Of a stretch of 64,000 nucleotides of DNA, positions 1 to 13,248 are shown piece after piece (within the stretch, counting starts at the first letter, position 1; each line of letters begins with the position of its first letter). The notes below the pieces were generated by a model, which was given only the letters and a program-made list of their open reading frames with translations, was not told the origin of the DNA and did not search any database. The stretch comes from Podarcis vaucheri (taxonomy: Eukaryota): the NCBI GenBank assembly GCA_965113315.1, contig OZ220363.1. One strand, given 5' to 3'. The translations under genes and the position numbers were made by a program.

Positions 1-664
1 ACTTTGAGGGTCGATTGGCCAAGAAAGCACTGATGTCACAAACCCCTTACAATAATTAACAGTAGAATGGGTGGGTGGCATGGGGATGCGGAGGGGGGAG
101 GTTGCATGTACTGGATCAACAGCGACGCGAGTGGAAGGAGACGAAGAAGAGAAGAGGAGGGGAGGAGGGTTTCTCCCTGCGTAGCCTTGCCAGCTCTTAA
201 TGGAAAGAGCGTGTCCAGCTGGCAGGAGTGCACTGGGAGAGCGAGGGGGAAACGGATCGGGGCGGCGGGGGGCTTCCTCCTTCCTCCTCCTCGCCCCATT
301 CCCACTCCCTCCCCACCGCCTCTTCTTCTCCATCCTTCCACCACCGCTGTGGCTCTCCCGTGTCTCTCTCCTCGGCCTCCCCCTGCGGTGAGCCTTCTGG
401 TGACCCCTCCCTGCCGGCTTGGCCGGGGGCCGGAGTGGAGCTGGCCCTGGTTCAGCGGAGGAAGCCGGCAGCCCATTAAAGCAGGTGTCACATGTTCCTT
501 CACCTGGGTCACTTGGCATGTGCAGGCGCCACGATTTCCCTTTAAGAGCCCAGCCTGGAGAGGCGAGGGGGACCCTGGGGGCAGGATCCAAGGAGCAGTG
601 AGCCATGGTTCCCACTGCAGTCCTGGACCGCTCCTTCTCCCCCACACCCGTGTTTCTCTCTCTC

Positions 665-793
665 TCACACACAAACACACACACACACACACACAAACAC
701 ACGTAGGGGCCCATGCAGCCCTAGTATGTGAGATCTATTACAATCCCACCCACCTCTTTTCCTCCACAAAAACTGCAATATATACTGTGAGAC

Positions 794-823
<30 letters not shown>
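665..823. repeat. (CA)n and (GA)n microsatellites
   Basis: CA run near 665-701; GA run near 788-823. Confidence 0.9.
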
Positions 824-828
<5 letters not shown>

Positions 829-1263
829 TACTGTTCCCCATGCTATACACCTCCTGACCAGCAGATCAAACCAACAGAACTGAAAGGGGTTGAAGATGCC
901 AAGCCATCAGTAAAAACAGGCATCATTGAAATAAGCAAATGAAATCCCTGACCAAGATGGGCCTGCTTTGTATGTCTCCCTTCACACAAGCATTGTTTTA
1001 AGTCATGGTAGGTTGCAAAGGGGGTGTGCGAACCTTTTAGGAGGCCCCCGGCTGCCAGAACTTACAATATAGCACAAGAAGTTGCAACCAATATTGGAGC
1101 AGTGAGCAATGACCATATTTTGTTGGTGTCTCCCCCTTAACATTTGGGAAGCAGCAGAGTGCCTGACCTCACCTCAAGGACACTGGCAAAATGAAGGCTG
1201 CAATCCTAAGTAGGCTAGCTAGGGAGCAAATCTGCATTGCAGCTGACAAGTAGAAACAACAAC

Positions 1264-1455
1264 AGTAATAATAATAATAATAATATTTATACCCCACTCT
1301 GGGCAGCTTACAGCATATATAAAACATAGTAAAATATCAAACATTAAAAACTTCCTGATACAGGGCTGCCTTCAGATGTCTTCTAAAAGTTATGTAGTTC
1401 TTTATGTCCTTGACATCTGAAGGGAGGGCGTTCCACAGGGACGGTTCTACTACCA
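1264..1455 (-). mobile_element. L2-clade LINE 3' fragment with (TTA)n tail
   Basis: Translation GFYMVVEPSLWNALPSDVK...FRRHLKAALYQEVF resembles an L2 ORF2 C-terminus. Confidence 0.7.
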
Positions 1456-3729
1456 TATAGAAGCCGCGGCCATAAACTAGAAGTGGGAAATGTGAATCAT
1501 AAAACAGTCCAGACCTTCGCGGAACAACGGTGCTCCGACATTGCAAAGAGGTTGTATCAAAGCTGACTAGAACATACGTTCAATTAAAAACACCCTCTCT
1601 TCTATTAGCAGTATTCAAAAGTGACGCATCCCAGACAGGAAGGCTTTTACGGCATTACATGCAAAAGTACACTAAAACAGGGGAGATGATTTCAGTCTCT
1701 AGTGCCCCAAGGTGGTGCGTGCAAACATACAGAGCAATACTTTCTCCAGATCCACATCTTGAGTTGTGGCTGCAAAGGACAGCAGTGAAAGGAGGACTTT
1801 AGGGGAGAAGTTGAGGGCCTCATTCAGCAGAAGGGCTCCCAAACATGGCAGGGATGACTTACCAGGTTTGGAATACAGGTAAGGAATACAGGTTTTGAAG
1901 TAAGTGGGGAAAATACACATTATCATCAAAGGAATCCCAAACCCTTTAAAGCCAGCAACAACTGCACTGATGGAGACCAGCCTAGTGCCAGAAAAGTCCT
2001 CGGCTGCTTTCTGAACACAAGCATATCTTCTTTGCCTGTGCTAGACTTAAAAGAAACTAACAATGTTCTGTGATACCACACAGTTAGGACAAAAAATGTC
2101 CTACTTCCCCTCCAAACATTTCAGGGCCTCTCCTAAATTTTCATACCCAAATAATTTTTTGGCGGGGGCCATTTCATAGCGCTACAGGCCCTCCAGACAG
2201 CAATAATGTGTTAGCATTGGGGAAGCATCCCAGAAAGAATAAAGCAAAATAAATCCACCATAAAATGAACTGTTGCTGTGTCAAGAACATGTTGCAGAAT
2301 ACACCCATAAGTGAACACCAGCTTGGAGGAACCCTTTGAGATATTATGCCTGGAGGACAAATCTACCTGCTCATATCTTTTGCCCCATGACAAACTGCTG
2401 TAGAAGAAGAATTTGGAACATCTAATATCTGCAGCAGTAAGAGGTATAAAGCAGTAAGGAAAAAAAAGGGATATATGCAGACCAATACCTGCAATCAGCA
2501 CTTGTAGCATTTTAGGAATTCTCTTTCCTGAAGTAACTGAGTTTCTTGAATGGATAAAGTCATAGAGAGATGTCATGTTATTTTAAGATAGGCTGTAATA
2601 TATATGACACACAAAGGAACAAAATTCACTAGAAATGTAGACTTAACAACTGTGCTTTTCCAATCAGATCATTTATATTATGCCCCCTAAACAATACACA
2701 ACACTGGTTTCTGGTCAGTTTCCGGGCTCAATTCAAAGTGGGTTTTTTTAACCTTTAAAGCTCTTCATAGTATCTATATGCTAAGATCTTCAACAGAGGT
2801 CCTTCTCTGGATTCCCCCACTGTTAAGGAAAAAATCCTGGGGTACAGGACTTACTCCACAACCCAGCTCGTTGGGGTGCCACTCCCCACGGGTCCCTCTG
2901 GTCAGCAAAGAAGGAGTCTCCATCCAAGTTACAGAAGCAAATCAGTGGTCAGTGGACCTGATCTTTATTTGTTGCAACCAAGGTTCAAATGCAAAAAGAG
3001 AAAGAACCCAGAGCATGGGGCTGCACAGACTTCTGAAACTTGCCCAGCTTTCCCATAATACGTCACTCACATGATCATCAAAATGTCACGAAAGAGGAGT
3101 GCTTGGCATGCAGAAACATGAAACTGTCACCCACCCCTGTCAATCATTCCCAACAACTTTTAACTACCCTTTTCCGCAAAGAAAAATAAAAGTATTTAAA
3201 CATCCCCCTAGCTGCAAAGCTTTCCTGCATTTCTCCTTTGAAAGTATCAGGAATCAATCCACCATCCTAATGAGATTCTGCCCTTGATTGCCTCTTGCCT
3301 CCTATTGTAAGGCTCAGTTCACACCTTACAGAGAGGCAAGGGATAAGTGACCATATGTTTAAGGAATTATGGAGGCAGGGTGAGCCCTGGATTCCCCTCT
3401 TCCAGAGGACTCATTAGCCATTGGAACCAAGGAAATCGGTCAAACCGTTGAATTTTGGTGATTATTTGAAGTTCCTACAATTTTCTATATTGGATAGTTG
3501 GAGGAAACAGTACGATATATTGTACAATTTATTGCTACAATTTTATAGACTGCTTTTCTGAGCCGCTTTGCTGTTGTGCATAGATGGTGCTTGTGTAAAC
3601 GGTGAAGGAGATTAGTCTGGCTCATTGTCCTGGCCTTAGTTCGAGGCTGTGGTGGGGACCTGGGATTTTGGGGGAGTCGTTTAACTGCCCCCCACCCCTG
3701 GTTTTAATACCCACTATCTGAGGGAGGGT

Positions 3730-4030
3730 GCTATGAAGGGAAGGGCCTTCTTAGTGGTGGCACCATGACTGGAATGCTCTCCCCAAGTATCCTTGCATGA
3801 AGTCATTTTGGCAACTTTTAAATTTTTTCTCAGGTTTTAATATAGTTTGATGTGCTTTATATTGGCTGGGTTTTCTATTTTTATACTGCTCCTAGCGATT
3901 TTCGTTTGTTTAATGTTTTGATTTGTATGTTTTTAATTTATTTAACTAGGCTTTGAAATTTGTAAAGTTGCTGTGGAAATGTTAATGAAGAGCGGGGTAA
4001 TAATCCCCAAAAGAGATGTAATTAAATAAA
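3730..4030 (+). mobile_element. Degenerate L2-type LINE 3' end
   Basis: AGGGCCTTCTTAGTGGTGGCACC...TGGAATGCTCTCCC followed by a T-rich 3'UTR and AAATAAA tail. Confidence 0.55.
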
Positions 4031-7000
4031 CACAGTGCAATACTGGCAAGTAAGCTGGCCACTGGGTAGGTGAAAAATTATGGTCCCTTAACATGAGTTC
4101 ATGTAAGAACAAAGTTATTCAGCATGAGGGCAAACTCACTGGTTGAGGGCTGTGGAATAGGTAGCAGAAAAGACCCTCACATGATTAACTATCAAACCAA
4201 GATGTGGTATGAAGGGCAGCAAAAAGTGCGGTTGTGGGGGAAGTGTGAATATAAAAGAAATAAGTTTATAAGAAAGAAAAGGGGGGTAATAAATGTGTAC
4301 AAGCCTTTGTGACTTTCCAGGCAAGACTGAAGGGTATGCAGAACTTAGGCATAGAGTGTGAGGCTGAAGCAGTCTTATCCTATGCATGTCTATTAATCTG
4401 CAAGTGCCATTGATGGGGCTTAGGATTATAGCCCAATCACAAATATACACCTTTTTGTTTTTCTTATTACCTGGGTGCAGCATGGTCCCCTGTGTTAAAG
4501 CAGAACAAGTAGAAAAATCAGATGAGGATGAAGGAGTATGAGACAGGGTATTACTACGTTTGTTTGTGTAAGTATGTGAGAAAGAGAGAATGCGCCAAGG
4601 GGCCATGCCCACTGACAAGCGGTCCTTGAGTGTCTAGTCACCACCACATGTGACTCTCAGCTTGCCCACTCCTGCTGTAAAGAAAGACCATGGGGCCATG
4701 GTGCCAGGTAGGAAGATCCAGAAGGTAGCTAGGCCTGAAGGGTTTCTGTTTCTTATGAAACATAGCAGCACAGGGGAACTCAGATGTAAGAAGTGATGGC
4801 AAGAGAGAGAAAGAGATGGAGGAGCAGAAGAGGAGTGAATTCAGTGCTCATATCAGTAGGTGGAGATATGTGAGCCATGATGTGTTCTAGGAGACCAAAT
4901 TTCAAAGTCATACATGTGTACTATAATACATCACTGCCTTCAAAGCTTTAGGAGACTGACATTCTGCCTTGTTTAGTGTTCTAGAAGGACATGTGTCAGT
5001 AACTTTTGTACAACTTCTGTTATATGCTCTTGCTTTCCATGTAAACCCCACTCCTCCTTAGCAACAGGTCTTCTCCAATGCATTCAAACTGAGTGAAAAA
5101 TAATGGTGGTAAAGCACAATAAAAATGATGTATAATAATGACAGCAAAAGCTGGGGAGGTCTTATCATACAGCCATTAACTCCAGATCCCCAAAAGAATA
5201 AGCAACCCAGTCACCACAAGAGAGACTAGATCACTGTTCCTGATGTGTTTTGATAAGACAGGGGGGGAATCTGCAGGTCTCCCCTGCATGACAGAATCCC
5301 TGAAGTGTATTGGGGATGGCTTTGTTTGGAACTCAGCAAAGTAAAAGGACCGGCCATTTAGCTCTGCTCTGTGTTCAGAACCTCTGGGAGACAAATTCAC
5401 TGTCTTATCGGTTCCTGGCATCCCGCTATTTGGGCGGCTGCGCCTCCCTCAGTTGTGTCTGCCAGGCCTGTACTGTACTGGGCTTCGTTCCCCAGCACAG
5501 CAGGCACTGTGACCTGACCCCGCTGGGCGACTCCAAGCTCAGTCCACAACAGCTTTCCCTTACTCTGTAGCAAGTTGGGAAACAATCCTTTATATGGTCT
5601 GCAAGCTGCTGGCTCACTGGACACCACAAGGATATTTGGCCGGTTGAAGTCATTGACTATTAATGTTCTAGCGAGGAAAAATGGGCCGTCTCCCTCCTCC
5701 GGCACTGTGCACAGCCCTTGCCCACACACACCCTCTCTCCCCTTGCAGATGAGCATTGACCCCAACTTGCTGACCAACTTCTCTATTCCAGTTCAGGGCT
5801 TCCCATAAAAATAGTTCTGACTCCATTCTGTGATTCCACCCTCATCCTGCTAGTCTAATCCTCAGCTCCCTGTAAATAGCTCCCTTTGTGCCCCATGATT
5901 CCTGCAAACCTGTCCCTGGGATTACAGATAGAAATAACTCTACTTAAACCCCCCCCCCCCAATTCTCAAGCTGCAGACCAGCCCTCAACAATGTCCCCAG
6001 AATGGGCTCAGCCCACATTCCAGTGTTTTAGCTATAGCAAAATGGCTATCTCTAGAGATGTGCCAATATCTTTCCGACATGGCCTGAAGCCTCCCAATTC
6101 TTTCTGATTTTAGTTACTATAAGCAGGCAGGACACATATGCCTAAAATAATAATATGACCATTTGCAGTCTGGTCTTGGAAATGTCAGTGCTTTATTTCT
6201 AAAATGTAAAATGTGGGAGCCCAGGCCTTTTTGAAAGTCCTGTTTTCTTCTTGAAAGCCTTCCTCATAAAACCAGGATATGTGGTGTGTTAACGTACATG
6301 TTGCATTTTAGTTACTGTTGAGTGAAGGAAATGCACTCTGCATATGCTCAAATCCCTTTTCTCTACTATGCTGTACCACCATGAACAGGCTGCAGGGCTA
6401 ACTCTTATGTTATAAAAAGGATCACATGAACCTCAATAGCCCCTGTCTGACTGCTGATACTGCCTGCTGGTTTTGATAGCATCTAAAATGAGTTTACTAA
6501 TGTGTATCCATTCTTTAAAATTAGTATTTGGGAGAGAAAGCTGGCGAGAGAGATTGTGAAGAATGTGCCAGTGATTTGTGGTATCTAAATGTAAACATCT
6601 GCTTTGTAAGTTGCAGGAAATTGCATATTTTGTAGTTACAAAGTAGGTAAGGTGATACCTTCTCCTGCCAGTATAGGAGTTTGCAAGCTTTTGAGTTACA
6701 CAGAACTTGCCATTAGGCAGAACGGAAAGGTACCGTCTATGCCAAAATATTCTACAGCCAGCATTTCCAAAAACTTTAAAGAGGGGGGCAGGCCTCATTC
6801 ACTCAATAGCTTTGATTGCTCACTACCACACCATGACTCACTGGCTCACATAACAAGGGTGTACTTATGTTCATTCTTCCATTGTTAGGAGGGTACACTG
6901 ATGTCTTATCCCATAACCTGAAAAGGAACAGAAAGAAGTGTATACCCCACTTTCCTCTCACCAGCTCCTGAGCAAATGGATCCTGGGATTTATTGTCTGT

Positions 7001-7439
7001 GCGCGGTGCAGGATGAGGGGGAAGGGAGGGAAGAGGAGAGGGGGAGGGGGCAAAGGAAGCTATGCCTGGCAAGGCCCTGGGATAGATTGACCCTGACAGA
7101 TGTTTACAGTGGTGCTGAGGAAGGGGGGTTATTATAGAGCCGCAGACTAAACAGACCTTGATGCAGGGAGGGGCAGATAGCACTGCCCCCAGCCCCACCA
7201 AATCTCCAATCTAAAGTGAGGGGGGCAGGTTCTAGGATGGGGTCCCACGGAGGAAGCAGCATAGGAGATGGCGAGCTTGTGGCAAAATTATCCTATCCTC
7301 TGCCACTGAATTTTGCCCAGACGGTTTCCAAAGTCAGGCAGCTACTGAAGAACTAAACAGTGAGGTTTAAATGTGGTGAGATTAGAGGGAGAGATGTCCA
7401 AAGGAATATACATACGCAGGAGGCTGCAGTGAGCGACTC

Positions 7440-7730
7440 AGGGGAAGAGGCTGATCGTTGGAGGGAATTCCTTGTGAGGGAAGAGAGGGAGCCAGGCCAG
7501 AACAATACAGTGACCTTTCTGGCCTCGCAAGAAACCACGGAGGTTCCTGACGTCAGAGGCCCATTACGAAAGTGCCTGTTCCCAACTCAGGGAAAGGTCA
7601 TGTCTGGTTCCAACACATTTTCATCCAACTGGCATCTTTCTCGGCATGTAGTGGTGTGCATGCGTGTGTATGTAATGGGAGAAAATGGGGGCGGTGGAGG
7701 AAATCCCGTCACTTCCCAGAACTGGGAGAT
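7440..7730. promoter_or_regulatory. Candidate inducible enhancer (NF-kB/CRE/NBRE/GAS cluster)
   Basis: GGGAATTCC 7463, TGACCTTT 7511, TGACGTCA 7548, AAAGGTCA 7593, GGAAATCCC 7699, TTCCCAGAA 7713. Confidence 0.5.
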
Positions 7731-8989
7731 CCTGCCATGGTTCTGCCAACAATTGTCCATCAATCTGATTTGATAATCCAGAGCTGGTGAGAGAATTCCA
7801 GCGTTCAGTTCCAAAGACAGGCTTTAAGCTCAGCCTGCAGGCCTCAGGCTTCCTTTGCATGTGCACACACATACACGCTCAAATTTCATGTATAATTGCA
7901 CAGGAAACCTATTCACATCAATTTTTGCAGTCAAACATGCATTTAGAGATTTGTGAGGAAACCCTACACCCATTTTATTTCTATATATCTTTAAATGTAC
8001 ATACACACACACAGCCATTTTGGCTCTCTGAGGGCCCTCAATAGTGTACTTCACAGCATTCTCTCATCTGAAGCGGTTTCCAAAGTCAGAGCTGGCCCAA
8101 TATATTTTTCTGCCTGAAGCAGAAGACAAGCTGGACACCCACACAGACACCCACAAATTCCACATACTGGACTGGCAGGTGAAACTTACTGTAATACAGA
8201 GCTGGCCCAAGACATTTTGCTGCCTGAGGCAGAATGGCAAACAGCATTCACTCCTCTTGCCAAGTCCTGGTCACATTAATGAGAGGCTGGCCAAGTTATT
8301 TTGGCACCTGAGGTGGAGAATCCCACAAGTACCTTTTCCTGAGAGTAAAAATTAACAGCAGCATTCAACTAGATCGGTGTGTGGAAGGAACAACTTCCAC
8401 TTGTGAAATAGGACTCCACCCCCCCACACACCATTCACATTCCCAAATCTGCTCCTGAGGGTTGGAAGAAGCCCCAGAATGAATTTAGAGGGCTTGTTGG
8501 TCAAGCGGATTTCCACATGCACAAAAATTTACATAGCGCCACGGCTGAATAAAACCCAACGTTTTCAGCCCTTTTGTGACATTCAAACCCAGCTGCCTGA
8601 GGCAGCCACCTCCCTCAGCCTGATAACTAGAAAGCATCCTCCACCATGCCCGAGGGCAGCAGCAGGCATTTTTGTGGGGGCACAGGGCAGGCCATGTGGC
8701 ACACATTGCCTTTTCCTCTGACTAAGGGGAACACTCAAGGGGCTTAGGGGAAACAGCCAAGCAGGGCTAACACTGCTGACCGGCACCTGCCACCTAAGGT
8801 GGTTGCCTCACTCTGCCTTTTGCAATTTCTGAAGGCCAAATCATGGCTGAGGGCAGCTACTCAAGCCCTGCTAGTGGGCCTCACAAAGCATCTGCCCAGC
8901 TGCTGCTAGGAATTGAATGCTGGGCTACATCAATCTTTCACACGTTCCAGAGCTCTTCTTATGTTCTTAAACCTTCTTGGGCTCTTGTC

Positions 8990-9325
8990 TAGTAATCTGG
9001 AATACTGCCCCCACTTTCATTTTAATGGAAATGTAGGCAAATTGGACAAAGCACATTTTATTGAGAAAGGTGGAAGGATCTGGCTATGTTCAGCCTGGAG
9101 AAAAGAAGGCTGAGGGGGTAAATGAAGCACTCTTCAAATACTTGAAAGGATGTCACCAGAAGGGCTTCCTTCTGTCTGCTCCAGAAGGAAGGACTAGATC
9201 TAATAGGCTTGAGTTAGGAGACACCTCTTGATGGTGACAACAGTTTAACAATGGCAGTGATTATATAGGAGTGGGAAAAGACTCTTCCTCATTGGAGGTT
9301 GTCAAGCAAGAGGCTGGAAGGCATC
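8990..9325 (+). mobile_element. CR1 LINE 3' fragment
   Basis: ATGTTCAGCCTGGAGAAAAGAAGGCTGAGGGG (FSLEKRRLRG), typical of the CR1 ORF2 end. Confidence 0.75.
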
Positions 9326-11149
9326 TCAGCCTCTGGCTTCCCTGAGAATTTTGCTGCCTGAGGTGAAGGACAAGATAGCATTTGATTTCCTGTATAGAAG
9401 CTGACTGGACTGGTAGTTTAACCTAACTTCAGTACTGGTGAGTGATGATGGGATAATGTCCTCTACTACATGTGAGGCAGCAGGCTAGTTTAGTGGGGGA
9501 GGGCCAAATTGGGTAGAATACACAGCTCTGTCTTCCAACAGAGGGAAATAGCCTGGGGGCTTCAGAGGATGAACGGCTGCTTGAGGTCCTAATGGTAGGA
9601 CTGGCCCTGGCTGAACATGACTGGCTACAAGGCCCTCTCCAATTCTATGACTGGTAGATGCATGGTGATTCCTGCCTCAACTGACCAGAGAGAAGAAGAA
9701 ATATGAGAAAACAACTTCCACTTATCAGAGACTGTACATACATTAATTCCCATCAAAAAGTAGTGAGGAAAATCTGCTCTAAAAAACCCCCACCACAGAC
9801 TGGACAGTAATATGTCACTAAGTAATATGGGCACTAAGGAACACTGAACAAAAGGGCCTTTGACATAAGGAATGTGTGGCGGGAAGATCCCTGGTTCTTA
9901 TTTTCTGGCCCTGTCTTTTCCATATACTTTGGCAATACATGCCATGTCTATAAAAGCAACCCTGCCTTTTGAGTCCCTGTTCCAGAATGTCAGTTTTTTT
10001 AAGCACAAAACTCAATGAGAAAATAAGCAAACAGTCCAACAATCCAAACAGGGTGAAAATGCCTGAACAGAAAAAACCAACAAGTTGTTCAAGATAGCAT
10101 ATCAACCTTTGTGAACCTTATACACCAGCACTGTGGAAATTGACTGAGAGGTAAGTCCCACAGAATTCAATGCAAATACCCATAGGATTGCAGCCTTAAA
10201 TGTGATGCCCACTTAAGGGTTTATGGGTCTCCTATGATTCCCTATCACAGCAAAAAACTAAGGCAACGGTACTTGACAGCAAGCATGACTGGATTTTGAG
10301 TGTTCTTTGCTTTTCGGTGCATGACTTATCCATGATTTTTTGCAACTGAATAAACACTCATTACAAGGCACTAAGGATGCAACCTAGGTATAAGCTCATT
10401 GGGTGGACTAACTTCTCCTATCCAAGTACTAACCAGGCCTAACCTGGCTTTGCTTCAGGGCAGACTTAATTCTGAGCAAGCATGCACTGGACTGTTCTGC
10501 ACCTCTGAGTCTCCCTCACCCTATTTATGTGCACGTTTGAATGTTGTAAATGCAGTCTAGAAGGCAGATGAGAACAATCTTTAAATAAAGATGCATTTTC
10601 TAGTAGCCAGTGTTGGTTCTGCATTCACATTACTGATGCAGCAAACACAAAAGTCTTTTATGCCACAGTCCTCTGCATGTTTCAATGAGGCATACTCCCT
10701 TGTGTGTTTAGGACCTCAGCCTCATAAGGCAATCCTATACACAGAAACAAGTTCTATCAAGTTCCAGTGGGTCTTTCTCTCAGGACTGGAGAATACAGGA
10801 CTGTACCTTTGCATAGCAATCCTATACACGTTTACCCAGTAGAAGCAAAGTCCTGCTATGGGCCTTACTCCTGGCTATGAGTGCAAAGGCTTGCAGTGCT
10901 CTGCATGACAGGATCCTTTAAAGGGCAAAGGAGTTCAAAACTCCTGTGTTGCCTGGATGAATAAATCAGAGAAAGAACAACAACTCTTCACCTACGAATC
11001 CAAGAGGTTTGCTTATATATTTCAAAAAAAATTCTTCCTTCTATTCTCCAAAAGCCTGATTTCCAGAAGATAACAACGTAGAGTATCTCCTCACCTGTCA
11101 AGTGAGGAAGGGGGGATACAGTAGATCAACCTTAGGGAATCGGGATCGA

Positions 11150-12210
11150 CTTTATGGGGTGTGGATTGAAAACAGCCCTAAGAGCATTTACCTGATTCGT
11201 ACACCTCTCGGCCAGACAGTGAGGCATCATTGAGCTGAACTGAAAACGGACGGTGCTGAACCCGATTGGGGTGGGGGGTGTTGCTCGCTTGTGACTCACT
11301 CCCCTTTCTGTTTGGGTTGGCTGAGCCCCGCGGTGCCGTGAGCCCCCACGAAGGTTGTTTTTTTTTTTAACAGCTCAGCCCCACATGTTATGGTGTGAGA
11401 GCCTGGGCGGGGCGGGGGCGAGAGGAGGAGGAGGAGGAGGGTCGAGTTTCCAGAGTTGCAGGCGATGTTGGTTCCAAAACAAACAACAAAGCTGGCCGTA
11501 GACTTTTACGTGGCGTGGTGGGGGGAGGCTGAAGGGGTCGAGGGGTGTGGACGACGGCAAGCTGGGCACAGATTAAGGTGGCCCTGAGGCGAGAATGGGA
11601 AGAAGCAATCAAAACATGGCGGAAAGGGGCCGCAGCGCATTTTTGCAACTTTTTAGAATGCGATCTGAAGAAAAGAGCTTCTTCACCCTCAAGTACAAAA
11701 GAGAAGTTGGATCAGGCTAGATAAGGACGTGGTTGCGGCCTGCAGAAAAGGTGGTAGATACGGGAGAGGGAGGAAGGGAACTGATTTGTGGGGCCCTGAA
11801 CTTCCGCGGCCATTGCAATCAACGAACTGTATTCATTTATTTTAAAATTTGTATCCCGCTTTGTCACCGGAACTCCGAAAGCGGCCGCCAGTATAAAAAG
11901 CCCTCTAAAAACCAGACCAGAAGAGTTAGTCGGGTTGTTTAATGGCGGCTGGAGTTTCGGGGAATGCGTATGGTGAGCCCAGAAAGCTCACCGTGGAAGA
12001 TTCTCGTAGCATTTCTCCAGACGTTTTATTTTATGGATTCTAAGCGAATAGGTACATGGAAAAGATAATAGACTAGTCCCAGCAGATTTATCTTGGGAGG
12101 AAGGTCGCGTCTATGATTTACGTGATAAGGAAGTTTTATTTTTGCATTCGCAAATATTTTTTGATTCTCGAGGCTGAAAGTCAGAGCAACAAGCCAAGAA
12201 AATAGGCGCC
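11150..12210. promoter_or_regulatory. CpG-rich promoter/enhancer-like island inside the presumed CLCF1 intron 1
   Basis: Local CpG enrichment, AP-1 TGACTCA near 11292, GC boxes near 11405-11420, YY1-type AACATGGCGG near 11613 and AATGGCGG at 11941, TATAAAAAG at 11892. Confidence 0.55.
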
Positions 12211-12486
12211 CTGTCTTTAGGAGTCAGTACAAGAGATCACTCTGCCCACCTCACCCTCGAAAAAATTAAAGGAGCAACTGGTTGCCCTTATGTTTAGCGG
12301 GGAGGGCTTAATCTAAATCTAAATCTCCAGAGTGAAAGAGACTACTGGGAGAGGAAAGGGTGTAAAGGGAGCAAATGCTTTTCACCTTGCAGGTATGCAT
12401 AATACTTTGAAAGGAAGCCTTTGATGCAGTGAACTGGGGTAGACACCCGTCCTCTCCTGGTTCACACACAAAGGGAAGGACTAAGA

Positions 12487-12724
12487 CAGGCATGTCCAAA
12501 GTCCATATCGGGGCCTGCCAGTCAATTTTATCCGGCCCCCATTCAATTTTATCCGGCCCCCGCGGCAGTATATGTCCTGGGGTAAAACCCTAAAGCTCAA
12601 CAACTTTGGGGCAAACTTCAATCCTAAAAAAACTCAACAACAAAGTTCAACAACTTTGGTCAGCCCTCGCACATGTTTACTTCATGAAATCTGGCCCTCT
12701 TTGAAAAAGGTTTGGGCACCCCTA
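12487..12724. mobile_element. hAT-type MITE
   Basis: Terminal inverted repeats CAGGCATGTCCAAA / TTTGGGCACCCCTA with a perfect 8-bp target-site duplication (TSD) GACTAAGA at 12479-12486 and 12725-12732. Confidence 0.8.
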
Positions 12725-12894
12725 GACTAAGAGGATTTAGCAAATGGAAGATGGGGTAGGGAAGAGGCAGAAACCAAGTAAATGTAATATGGAGGGGGAA
12801 ATTAGTTCATTAATGGGCCAGAGGCACATTGGAGTTGACCCAGGATTGCAAGTGGAGCAGAAGAGTGTTGGAGAGTGCATTTTGTACTACTTAG

Positions 12895-13248
12895 GGTAAA
12901 GGTAAAGGGACCCCTGACCATTAGGTCCAGTCGCGGACGACTCTGGGGTTGCAGCGCTCATCTTGCTTTATTGGCCGAGGGAGCTGCCGTACAGCTAATG
13001 GGTCATGTGGCCAGCATGACTAAGCTGCTTCTGGCAAACCAGAGCAGTGCACAGAAACGCCGTTTACCTTCCCACCGGAGCGGTACCTATTTATCTACTT
13101 GCACTTTGTCGTGCTTTGGAACTGCTAGGTTGGCAGGAGCAGGGACCCAGCAATGGGAGCTCACCCCGTCATGGGGTTTCGAACAGCCGACCTTCTGATC
13201 GGCAAGCCCTAGGCTCTGTGGTTTAACCCACAGTGCTACCCGCGTCCC
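12895..13248 (-). mobile_element. Sauria SINE
   Basis: Minus strand GGGACGCGGGTAGCACTGTGGGTTAAACCACAGAGCC..., tRNA-like head and (ACCTTT)n tail. Confidence 0.9.

Noticed and set aside
36-942. Long ORFs of 291 aa (+) and 218 aa (-)
   Set aside because: Low-complexity translations of GC-rich sequence and CA/GA microsatellites; no recognisable domain
5397-5808. Overlapping ORFs in a moderately GC-rich stretch
   Set aside because: No family similarity or convincing exon boundaries; may be regulatory (TGACCTGACCC) but the evidence is too thin
5888-5910. Minus-strand cag|GAATCATGGGGC resembling the CLCF1 exon 2 start (DSWG)
   Set aside because: Wrong phase, and the downstream translation does not match CLCF1
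11150-11700. POLD4 first exon, expected by human synteny
   Set aside because: No RLITDSxP-like peptide found; POLD4 would lie beyond the CLCF1 3' end, outside the window
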